64,000 bases of DNA, taken from IMG/VR virus record IMGVR_UViG_3300017909_004705, one strand, 5' to 3'. The position numbers and the translations under genes are program-made. The stretch's first letter is position 1; the number at the start of each line of letters is the position of its first letter. The stretch comes from a virus (Duplodnaviria; Caudoviricetes). Shown here piece after piece: positions 48,225 to 56,515 of the stretch. The notes under the pieces were generated by a model. That model searched no databases and was not told where the DNA came from. It saw only the letters and a program-made list of their open reading frames with translations.

Positions 48225-49993
48225 CCATAAAAGAACTTACAGTAAAAAATTTCATGAGCGTGGGAAACCAGGCCCAAGCAATAGACTTTGCTAACAAAAG
48301 TCTAGTTCTAGTGATTGGTGAGAACATGGACCTTGGAGGTGACGACGCAGGTGCTAGGAATGGTACAGGTAAAACAACAATCATCAATGCACTGTCGTAT
48401 GTTTTCTTTGGTGAGGCACTAACAAACATAAGAAGAGACAATCTCGTGAACAAGACCAACGAGAAAGGAATGCTGGTAAGCGTGAGGTTCATCAAGAACA
48501 ACATAACATACACAATCGAAAGAGGAAGAAAACCACAGGTGTTCAGATTCTATGCAAATGACATTGAACAGAACCTCGAAAGCAATGAAGCACAAGGTGA
48601 AAACAGAGAAACTCAGCAAGAAATAAACAAGCTCATGGGAATGACCCATGCAATGTTCAAAAACATTATAGCATTGAACACATACACACAACCTTTCCTG
48701 TCAACCAAACAGGCAGAACAAAGAGAGATCATAGAGCAGTTGCTTGGAATCACCCTGCTATCACAAAAAGCCGATCTGTTGAAAGAAAAACAAAAGACAA
48801 CAAAACAACTGCTGACTGAAGAGAAATTAAACATCGATGCAAAAATGAACTCAAACGAAAAGATTCAGGAATCAATAGAAAGTTTGAAGATAAGATCCAA
48901 CGCATGGTCCAAGCAGAAGGAAGACGACATAAAAAGTTTTACAGAAGCAATAGCGGAACTTGAAAAAGTCGACATAAAACAGGAACTGGACGCACACAAA
49001 CGTCTCCAGAAACACAACGAAAACTACATAAAATTATTGAGTCTGCAGAAAGAAAAAGCATATCACGAGGATTCGTACACCAAAGCAAAAAGCACAGTGG
49101 AAAAAACCGAAAATGATTTAGAATATGCGGCACAGCAAAAATGTCCAACCTGTGAACAGGAGTTGCTGGATGACAAGCACACACATCTTGTCGACAAACT
49201 GAAGGCAACGCTGACAGAGTCCAAAGAATATGCTTCAAAACTTGAAAGCGATCTTGCAAAGATACAACAGGGCATAGATGCAATAGGAGACTTGGGTAGC
49301 ACACCTGACACATACTACGACACAATAGATGAGGCGTACAACCACAAAGGTTCCTTGAAAGACCTTAAACGTCAACTAGAACAGACCGAAGGTAAGGAGG
49401 ATGTGTACGCAGAACAGATCGCAGAGATGCAAAGTAAGGCCATACAAAAGATAGACTACACCAAAGCCAACGAACTAGAAGACTTGCACAGGCACCAAGA
49501 CTTCCTGTACAAACTGTTGACCGCAAAAGATTCTTTCATAAGAACAAGGATAATAGAACAGAACTTAACATATCTCAACCAGCGTCTGGCATACTTCCTG
49601 GGCAAGGTGAAACTGCCACACACAGTGACTTTCCAGTCAGACCTAACAGTGCGTATCGAGGAACTGGGCAGAGAACTGGACTTCGACAACTTGAGCAGAG
49701 GTGAGAGAAACAGGTTGATATTAAGTTTAAGTTGGGCATTCCGAGATGTGTGGGAGAGCCTTTATCAACAGATCAACTTGCTGTTCATAGACGAACTGGT
49801 GGACGCAGGCATGGACATATCAGGAGTAGAAAGCTCTATGGCGGTGCTGAAAGACATGAGCAGGACACAGAAGAAAAACATATTCCTGATTTCACACAAG
49901 GACGAACTTGTGAGCAGGGTGAATTCAGTACTGAAAGTTGTAAAAGAAAACGGTTTTACCAATTACGCAAATGACGTTGATATCATCGTATAA
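48218..49993 (+). CDS. gp46: Recombination ATPase subunit (Rad50/SbcC-like)
   Basis: KNFMSVG, NGTGKT Walker A, CPTC zinc hook, LSRGE signature, LLFIDE Walker B, ISH. Confidence 0.93.
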   Translation: MLTIKELTVKNFMSVGNQAQAIDFANKSLVLVIGENMDLGGDDAGARNGTGKTTIINALSYVFFGEALTNIRRDNLVNKTNEKGMLVSVRFIKNNITYTIERGRKPQVFRFYANDIEQNLESNEAQGENRETQQEINKLMGMTHAMFKNIIALNTYTQPFLSTKQAEQREIIEQLLGITLLSQKADLLKEKQKTTKQLLTEEKLNIDAKMNSNEKIQESIESLKIRSNAWSKQKEDDIKSFTEAIAELEKVDIKQELDAHKRLQKHNENYIKLLSLQKEKAYHEDSYTKAKSTVEKTENDLEYAAQQKCPTCEQELLDDKHTHLVDKLKATLTESKEYASKLESDLAKIQQGIDAIGDLGSTPDTYYDTIDEAYNHKGSLKDLKRQLEQTEGKEDVYAEQIAEMQSKAIQKIDYTKANELEDLHRHQDFLYKLLTAKDSFIRTRIIEQNLTYLNQRLAYFLGKVKLPHTVTFQSDLTVRIEELGRELDFDNLSRGERNRLILSLSWAFRDVWESLYQQINLLFIDELVDAGMDISGVESSMAVLKDMSRTQKKNIFLISHKDELVSRVNSVLKVVKENGFTNYANDVDIIV

Positions 49994-50005
49994 TTAGATT
50001 TAGGT

Positions 50006-51088
50006 ATGTTTTGCACCCAACCATTTAATCACATAGATATTGTTGTAGAAAACGACAAAGTATTTTTGCAACCTTGTAATGTTTGGAACACTAAAAAATT
50101 TAGCATAGACGAATATAAAAATCACATAGGAAAATTAAAAGATACGTTAGCATCAACCTATTATAAGCCAGGCTGTAACATATGTGAGAACGAGGATAAA
50201 AAGAACATCAGATCTAGACGTGTAGCACAGAATGAATTTTCAAATGACAATAACCTGTCACTGCAAAAATTACAAAGTTTGGGAGTGAGGTATGGGACTC
50301 TATGTAATAGCAAATGTATGATCTGCAGTCATCAGAGATCTTCCTCTTGGGTCGTAGATGCAGAAAAATTAGGAATAAAGGTAGCAGAACAATACAAATA
50401 CAAAAAGAACTTACTACCGGGTGTTGATATATTCTTTGACAACTTTGATCTAGATGATCTGAAATATGTTGAATTCCACGGGGGCGAGCCATTGATGCAA
50501 GACTATCCCGAAGAATTCCTAAAGAGGATAAAAAAGTTAGATCAACTCATCGTAAAACTAAACACTAATCTCACAGTGCTACCGTCGCCTAATCTTAACG
50601 TGTTGTTAAGCAAATGTAAAAGGGTGGACTTCTTACTGAGTGTTGACGACGTGGGTGACAGATATGAAATTCTTAGGTATCCTGGCAAATGGGACAAATT
50701 CACACAACACATAGAAATCATGAAACAACATGGATACAGACTCATGGCTTACAACTGCCTATCATCATTGAACATTTTCTATTGCGTGGAATATTACAAA
50801 TGGGCAACCAAAAATTTTGGAGTTAACGTGCATTCACAATTCGTGGTGGACAAACCATACCTCGATGTAAGTTACCTGCCTCAACATGCCAAAGCAATGG
50901 TGTTAGAAAAAATACAAGACTACAAAGGAAAAATATTTGATTCAATTAGACAAAAATTAAAAGTTGAAAAACAGGACCTCAGTGACAGATTGTTGAAATA
51001 CATAAGAAATCTCGATGAGATAAGGGAGACAAACTTCCCGGAAACTTTCAAGGAATGGTACACAATATTAAGTAAGGAAATCGCATGA
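50006..51088 (+). CDS. Radical SAM protein with N-terminal twitch-like domain
   Basis: CTQPF...PCN...CNIC; CNSKCMIC; GGEP; NTN; SVDD. Confidence 0.85.
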   Translation: MFCTQPFNHIDIVVENDKVFLQPCNVWNTKKFSIDEYKNHIGKLKDTLASTYYKPGCNICENEDKKNIRSRRVAQNEFSNDNNLSLQKLQSLGVRYGTLCNSKCMICSHQRSSSWVVDAEKLGIKVAEQYKYKKNLLPGVDIFFDNFDLDDLKYVEFHGGEPLMQDYPEEFLKRIKKLDQLIVKLNTNLTVLPSPNLNVLLSKCKRVDFLLSVDDVGDRYEILRYPGKWDKFTQHIEIMKQHGYRLMAYNCLSSLNIFYCVEYYKWATKNFGVNVHSQFVVDKPYLDVSYLPQHAKAMVLEKIQDYKGKIFDSIRQKLKVEKQDLSDRLLKYIRNLDEIRETNFPETFKEWYTILSKEIA

Positions 51089-51564
51089 AGACTTTGATAA
51101 CAGGTGGACACGGCAATCTAGCAAACAGTTTGAAAAAATACATAGATGGGGATTACTATGGAAAGGACATGCTGGACCTCACCAACAGGAACTGCATAAG
51201 AAACTTGCCAAACTATGACATGTTGATACACACCGCAAGAGGCAGTAACAGGATCAATGACAACCTGTCTTTGCTTTTTTCCAAAGCAAAAAAAATATTT
51301 GTGTTCACAAGCAAACAAGGCACGTTTATGAATTGGAAGAAAAAAGGTCCGATAGACTATGGGTTGGAAAAATTAGCCTTGAATTTCATAGTGTACAGGC
51401 ATAACATGGAATATTCAAACGCCCAGATATTTGAGCCAGGACACATGGAATTGGAAAAAGATTACGATATTATCGCTGAAAAGTTCAACAAAATACACAA
51501 AGATTGGTCATTTACCAAAAATCAAATATATGATCTAGCAAATGAACGATATATTCCTTATTAA
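51085..51564 (+). CDS. Small NAD(P)-binding SDR/epimerase-like protein
   Basis: LITGGHGNLA Rossmann start, YGLEK (YxxxK). Confidence 0.6.
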   Translation: MKTLITGGHGNLANSLKKYIDGDYYGKDMLDLTNRNCIRNLPNYDMLIHTARGSNRINDNLSLLFSKAKKIFVFTSKQGTFMNWKKKGPIDYGLEKLALNFIVYRHNMEYSNAQIFEPGHMELEKDYDIIAEKFNKIHKDWSFTKNQIYDLANERYIPY

Positions 51565-51569
51565 TCCAC

Positions 51570-51598
51570 TTGACAAACCAGTTCGTACGTGCTTTAAT
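51570..51598 (+). promoter_or_regulatory. Sigma70-type promoter TTGACA-N17-TTTAAT
   Basis: Consensus -35 with correct spacing upstream of 51652. Confidence 0.6.
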
Positions 51599-51651
51599 TA
51601 CACTAACGTTAATTAATGTTATCGTACGACAACAAAGGAAGGACGTAAATT

Positions 51652-51846
51652 ATGTCAAATGAAACACATGACGCTATAATGACAGCAATACAGACTTACT
51701 CAGAAGAGAATGGTAAGTTTGTTGAAAAAGGTGTAAAAGCCTCTGCAACAAGAGCCAGAAAGGCTTTAGCAGAATTATCTAAACTGATCAAAACGAGAAG
51801 GAAAGAAATTCAAGAAGTGAAGAACGCGGCCAAGACGGCGGCGTAA
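51652..51846 (+). CDS. Histone H1-like (Hc1 family) nucleoid protein
   Basis: KFVEKGVKASATRARKALAELSKL.K..RK matches the Hc1-family GNKAAxxRAR helix; strong Shine-Dalgarno, own promoter and terminator. Confidence 0.7.
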   Translation: MSNETHDAIMTAIQTYSEENGKFVEKGVKASATRARKALAELSKLIKTRRKEIQEVKNAAKTAA

Positions 51847-51868
51847 TAAATCAATTGAATTGCAGTTC

Positions 51869-51899
51869 AACCCCTGGCTTTCGCGAGTCGGGGGTTTTT
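51869..51899 (+). terminator. Rho-independent terminator
   Basis: AACCCCTGGCTT-TCGC-GAGTCGGGGGTT hairpin followed by a T run, between convergent genes. Confidence 0.8.
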
Positions 51900-52909
51900 C
51901 ATTTCAACAGATCGTATAGCTCGGGCAGATTATTTTCTAGACTTAATCCAGAAAACTTGTCTTGTTTTGCAATATTATCTAAAAATGCTTTTTTGCTTTC
52001 CATATTGCCTTTCCAAGTAATTTTATTTTTCTTGAAAAAAACAGGATTTTTATTTTGTACTATTTCTCCAACTGCCGGTGGTAAATTATTAAAAGCAAAT
52101 TCGCTTGGACCAAAGACCATGTTCAAGTCAATGTTGCTTGGCAACAACTTAAAAATTTCAATCATTATTCTGTCCACGTGCAAGATATTAAGGTTGTTTA
52201 TTGTGCAATTCGTTGATAGTTTGTCAAGTCCAAAATATTTTTTATAGTTGTTGACGTTCTTGCTTACCTGATCCCATTTTGCCGGTTGCCTAATGTATTC
52301 AAATATTTTTCCATATCCGTCTATTGAAAAACAAATATTAAAATTTTCAAAACTGTTAAGCAATTCTATTTGTTTTTGATTAAGCTCAACTGTGCCATTT
52401 GTTTGCAGTGAAAATTTGACGGACTTGTCCAGTTTGGTCAACGTAGTCCATAATGAAGCAGATCTCAAAGTTTCTCCACCTATAAATTCTATATGCTGGA
52501 AACTGTCAAAGTCTATATCAATTTTTTCTTTTAAGACATCCTCCTTACCCCATTTGTGAGCATCTCCCATAAAATTATTTTTCTTGAACCATGCCGTGCT
52601 GGCATATGGCCCACACATCACGCAGTAGAGATTGCACTGATTACCTACAGGCACGACAGCAGTTTTTAAACTTCTCACATCCAAATCTAGATATGAACTG
52701 TAAAGACCATTATAAAATTGTCTTTTTGATTTGATTCCAATATTTTCCACGTTGTAACATTCTCTGCAAAAACGGCTTTGCCGGTTGTTCCTGTGATCGT
52801 CCAATAGTTCTTGTAAGTCATTTCGCCTGTCATAATCTTGGAGAACACAGCAGGGTGCGTCCTTCTGATAGTCCTGATTGATAAACGGCAAGACACATTT
52901 ATTTTGCAT
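51899..52909 (-). CDS. Radical SAM protein with N-terminal twitch-like domain
   Basis: CVLPF...PCC...CREC; CNLYCVMC; GGET; QTNG; SIDG...EYIR. Confidence 0.85.
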   Translation of the reverse strand: MQNKCVLPFINQDYQKDAPCCVLQDYDRRNDLQELLDDHRNNRQSRFCRECYNVENIGIKSKRQFYNGLYSSYLDLDVRSLKTAVVPVGNQCNLYCVMCGPYASTAWFKKNNFMGDAHKWGKEDVLKEKIDIDFDSFQHIEFIGGETLRSASLWTTLTKLDKSVKFSLQTNGTVELNQKQIELLNSFENFNICFSIDGYGKIFEYIRQPAKWDQVSKNVNNYKKYFGLDKLSTNCTINNLNILHVDRIMIEIFKLLPSNIDLNMVFGPSEFAFNNLPPAVGEIVQNKNPVFFKKNKITWKGNMESKKAFLDNIAKQDKFSGLSLENNLPELYDLLK

Positions 52910-53309
52910 TGATAATTCCTTTGCCGTGTACCCTCACACGAATGTGTCCATTGTAATAATCGTCGGTCTCCAAGACCTTGCGTGAAAACTGCTCACGTGC
53001 TTCGATGTAGGATAGTTCCGCTTTGGACTTGCAGTAGAACAGTATTTCTCTTTTGAACTTGTCTTTGCCAAGTCTGTTGACATCCATTGTGAGATCATCG
53101 CTGGAACCATAGTAGTCCTGCCAATCAGAATTCACCTTGTACCTGCGTTTGTTCTTTCTGCCCTTGAGTGGTGGCCTGGACCTTTTGAACTTTGCCAATT
53201 TCTTACCTATGTACATCCTACCGTTGGTTGTATTTGTTATCAGATAGACAAATCCTATCACACCTTCTGGTATTTTGGTAATTTCATTTCCTTGATAAGT
53301 CCAGTTCAT
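52899..53309 (-). CDS. GIY-YIG endonuclease (free-standing)
   Basis: GFVYLITN...MYIGKK...YYGSS...E...YYN. Start at MNWTY (53309) with TAAATA immediately upstream. Confidence 0.85.
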   Translation of the reverse strand: MNWTYQGNEITKIPEGVIGFVYLITNTTNGRMYIGKKLAKFKRSRPPLKGRKNKRRYKVNSDWQDYYGSSDDLTMDVNRLGKDKFKREILFYCKSKAELSYIEAREQFSRKVLETDDYYNGHIRVRVHGKGIINAK

Positions 53310-53364
53310 GTCGGTATTTAAAGCCAAAAAGATTGACCTTGAAATAAAACTAATATAAACAAGT

Positions 53365-53785
53365 GTGATAGGCACACAACAACTTTTCAAAAAACACACA
53401 GGCAAACATAGCATCCATGTAGTGAGCACGGAAATGCGGCAGGAATGCGACAGGTGAATCCGTTGATGCAAATGGCAGAAATGATTGGGGCTCTGAGAAA
53501 AAGCAACCCCAGGTCTATTATAGATTATCTTACAAAGATATAGTAGGCTCGCGTTGGATGAATAAGCGAATGGGTACAGCACAACCGCCCAGTTACGACA
53601 GCATTGTATGATGACTGCGAACTCACCACAGGGTTCAAGTCAGTTCGGCTAGAAATAGCCGAATTGTGACTGCTCATCTACCACAGGGGACGCATATATG
53701 CGTCATTTGTTTTTACAACTGCGTAAGTTAAAAAAAGAAACGAGCGTAAGCGAAGTTTCAGATGGCGTGAGCCGTCTCTGACAAT
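53365..53785 (+). ncRNA. Candidate structured ncRNA (or origin-associated transcript); family not recognised
   Basis: ~490-bp gap without a credible ORF, containing at least six stem-loops with G-U pairs and GNRA loops on the + strand. Confidence 0.5.
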
Positions 53786-53801
53786 GCATTAAGTAGTAAC
53801 A

Positions 53802-54572
53802 ATGGAACTACTATTCGATCACACACTGGGCAAACAGGAACAGCAGGACCTCGTGATATGCAGGCCCATGGCCATTGTGGAACAGGATGAAGAAGTAGAG
53901 GCACTGGACAGAGGATGGCTGGCGCTGGACCACCCAGTGATGGGCAAGGAGGTGTTCTACCAGAGCCGTAGCACACGCATAGACGTGGACAAGTACAGGC
54001 CACGATTCAAGAGGCACACCCACGACGGACAGGAGATCGGCTACAAGGTTATCGATGCCTCGGAGATGGTGCGTCTATTGAGCCTGCCTGTGATATACAA
54101 GCAGTACATGAAGCGTAAAAATTTTGGCGCTGACTACGACCCGTTCGCCCACTACCATGCACGTGATCAATTCATGGTGTTCTATCTGGGCACCGCGGAC
54201 AACATAGTGGGGTTCACCAAGCAGAAGCGATACAGGTACCAGGAGGACAACTACTCAACCATAGACAACTTCGACTCCAGGGACCTGGCGGGATTGGAGA
54301 GCGTGATACACGCAAACACCATACCCATATCAGACATCACCCTGGACATGGAGATCGAGTGGGCCAGCAACAACTACGTGCGGTACTTCTACATGGGATC
54401 CGGATACGAGCAGAGCTCGGAGTACAAGGCCAACTACAAGGGGTTCGAGTGGTGGACCGGCACCGAATGGAGCACGGACAAACGACAGTACAGGAAGTTG
54501 TGCAGGAGGGACTCTAGGATCGAGACCCTGAAGGATGTCGGAAACCTTTCACTGATTCCAGATAAGTCTTAG
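53802..54572 (+). CDS. Arginyl/leucyl-tRNA--protein transferase-like protein (ATE/Bpt, GNAT fold)
   Basis: ALDRGW near the N-terminus, STRI, and C-terminal EIEWA...YFYMG.GY....EYKANYKGFE.W, resembling the ATE_C YxYLGYxxxxxxxxxYK motif. Confidence 0.6.
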   Translation: MELLFDHTLGKQEQQDLVICRPMAIVEQDEEVEALDRGWLALDHPVMGKEVFYQSRSTRIDVDKYRPRFKRHTHDGQEIGYKVIDASEMVRLLSLPVIYKQYMKRKNFGADYDPFAHYHARDQFMVFYLGTADNIVGFTKQKRYRYQEDNYSTIDNFDSRDLAGLESVIHANTIPISDITLDMEIEWASNNYVRYFYMGSGYEQSSEYKANYKGFEWWTGTEWSTDKRQYRKLCRRDSRIETLKDVGNLSLIPDKS

Positions 54573-55041
54573 ACCAGTTCTTGTAGTACGGGCCTGACTC
54601 CAACATCTTGGAGAACCGATTCAACTTGCTGAGGCTCTGTGCCAGGAACAGCACGAACTCACCGTTGTTGAGCTTGACGTGTTGCACACGCTCTTCTATC
54701 TCGGGATGGTCCTCCAGCACCACTATGTCCTTGGGCATGAACCTCTCATTGAACCATTCTGCCATGCTCACGGTCTGCTGGGCGGTGAAATGACGTGGAT
54801 CCGCGATTATGCACAGCACGTCCCTGTGCTGGAAATCGAAATTGTGTATCATGCCGTATATGGTTCTCCAGTCTGCCAATGAATCCAGTTCCACGAACTC
54901 CACTTTGTTTTCCACGATGGCCTTCTGGGCGTAGGGACACGGTGGCAGGTTGCCGAACACCGGATTGGGTTTGGTCACAAACTCGCTAATCCAGGTCTTT
55001 ATCTTCTGTGTCGGTGTCTGTTTCTTGCGTGGAGTCTTCAT
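54514..55041 (-). CDS. DUF1415-like protein
   Basis: IKTWI..FV...NLPPCPYA.KA, LEDHP. Confidence 0.55.
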   Translation of the reverse strand: MKTPRKKQTPTQKIKTWISEFVTKPNPVFGNLPPCPYAQKAIVENKVEFVELDSLADWRTIYGMIHNFDFQHRDVLCIIADPRHFTAQQTVSMAEWFNERFMPKDIVVLEDHPEIEERVQHVKLNNGEFVLFLAQSLSKLNRFSKMLESGPYYKNWSKTYLESVKGFRHPSGSRS

Positions 55042-55303
55042 GTGTGCCTTTGATCTTATTTAGAGCCTCTTCGAGCAATTTCTCCTTGGTCTCGAGTTTG
55101 GCCTCCAGCTCGGCCATTTTCTTGTTTTGCTCACCTATCCTGTGTCCTAGGCTCTGCACGTCCTGTTCTCTGTGTTCCAGTTTGATCAACACCTGCTTCA
55201 TACGACTCTCCTTGCTCTTGACTTTCGCCAGAGCATCATCACGGTCTTTTGTGATTTCTACGACTTCTGCTTTGAGTTCCTTGACTAGGTCTCGTTCGGA
55301 CAT
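54986..55303 (-). CDS. Coiled-coil hypothetical protein
   Basis: Heptad-rich E/K sequence. Confidence 0.55.
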   Translation of the reverse strand: MSERDLVKELKAEVVEITKDRDDALAKVKSKESRMKQVLIKLEHREQDVQSLGHRIGEQNKKMAELEAKLETKEKLLEEALNKIKGTHEDSTQETDTDTEDKDLD

Positions 55304-55355
55304 ATGTAAGTGTTAATTATCTGCATGTTCAAATACCATTATAGTATACTATATT

Positions 55356-55577
55356 TTAAAAGAAAGGTTGACCGCTTTTCTTGGTTGTTTCCAAGTTGTC
55401 TTTTACCAGTTGTGCTATGATCTCACGTTCAGTTGGACTCAGTGCCATGGCCTCGGAGTATGAAAGTCCTCCCCTCATGTACCAACTGATCTTTACCAGT
55501 TCGTGCTTCAGTTCCTTCTGGCCGTTCTCCATGTCCTTCAAAGTCTTGATTATGTCAGAGTCCGTTTGTGAAAGCAA
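55356..55577 (-). CDS. Tail assembly chaperone C-terminal part (gp51/T-like), probably expressed by -1 frameshift
   Basis: SWYMRGGLSYSEAMALSPTERE motif; weak TTG start; lies in the -1 frame of the upstream gene. Confidence 0.7.
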   Translation of the reverse strand: MLSQTDSDIIKTLKDMENGQKELKHELVKISWYMRGGLSYSEAMALSPTEREIIAQLVKDNLETTKKSGQPFF

Positions 55578-55579
55578 GG

Positions 55580-56434
55580 TTATACGAAAAAATTTGATGT
55601 ATCAAATGTAACAGGAACCTCGTAAGTGACCGGCGCACCTTTCTTGATCTGTTCCTCTGTGGCCTTCATCTTCAGTGGCTTGACTGCACCCTGTCCCCGT
55701 AGTTGCGTCAGTTTGTCTTCAATCTCTTTGACCAACACTGCGTTGGCGTTCTCCACAAACTCCTTGATGTGTGTTGGGTCAGATATCTCGGTGCCATCCT
55801 GCATTGTGACCTTTTCGATGTTCTTTAAAATTATGCTGGCGTTCAATTCAGTGAGGGTCTTGAATGCTTCGTTGAATCTTTTCGCCTTGTCCTCATCTGG
55901 CAACTTGGAATCCTGTATAGCAGTGTACATCTTCTGCTGTTGGAAAGTCTGTAATGACGTCGAAGTCATGTCCTTGTAGGTCAAAGGTCTAACAGTGATC
56001 TTTAGTCCATCGTCCAATGTTATTTCTGAATCCACTTTTGTTGCTTTCAGTTGGTCAAGTATCGCAGGAAGGTTGACAGAATGTGCCACGGTTTCGTTCA
56101 CTTTCGGCACGTTGAAATTGATCTCCATTGTTTCACCATAAGTTGCTATCCTTATTGCAATCAAAATGGTGTCCAGGTCATAGCTCTTTATCTGCCATGC
56201 ATCTTTTATCTCGGGCACACAGCTCTGTATTACGTCTACCACCCCCTGTCCGTTCATCAGTGCATCTGGAGTCTTGAAACGTATCTCATCCTTGGCTGTC
56301 ATCGGCATCACTCCTAGTTCTCCGGTCTGTGTGGGTGTAATGACATGTGGAGGATAGTTTGTGCCAGATGGCAACGACACATAAATCGCCGGGTGTCTAA
56401 AATACTTGTTTAATGGGTTTGCATTTTCTGTCAT
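55580..56434 (-). CDS. Baseplate hub assembly/tail chaperone, gp26-like
   Basis: NPLNKYFR.P.IYVSLPS, PMTAKDE, DLD.ILIAIRIATYG, C-terminal NFF. Confidence 0.78.
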   Translation of the reverse strand: MTENANPLNKYFRHPAIYVSLPSGTNYPPHVITPTQTGELGVMPMTAKDEIRFKTPDALMNGQGVVDVIQSCVPEIKDAWQIKSYDLDTILIAIRIATYGETMEINFNVPKVNETVAHSVNLPAILDQLKATKVDSEITLDDGLKITVRPLTYKDMTSTSLQTFQQQKMYTAIQDSKLPDEDKAKRFNEAFKTLTELNASIILKNIEKVTMQDGTEISDPTHIKEFVENANAVLVKEIEDKLTQLRGQGAVKPLKMKATEEQIKKGAPVTYEVPVTFDTSNFFV

Positions 56435-56444
56435 TTTTTTATTC

Positions 56445-56485
56445 TATAAATATACACTAAAAGCGTATAGATGTCTATATTTATA
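56445..56485. promoter_or_regulatory. Overlapping pair of oppositely oriented late promoters (TATAAATA on each strand)
   Basis: TATAAATA at 56445-56452 (+, toward tape measure) and TATTTATA at 56478-56485 (-, toward the gp26-like gene). Confidence 0.7.
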
Positions 56486-56515
56486 TGCGTATAAAAAGGG
56501 CTGAAAAAACATCGT

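Noticed and set aside
53310-53582. N-terminal extension of the GIY-YIG ORF in the track (227 aa)
   Set aside because: The extension has no protein-like features and overlaps the structured region; the ATG at 53309 has a late-promoter-like TAAATA just upstream.
53625-53688. Mini-CRISPR from the ACCACAGGG repeats
   Set aside because: Only two 9-bp copies around a hairpin, and no cas genes or repeat-spacer periodicity in the window.
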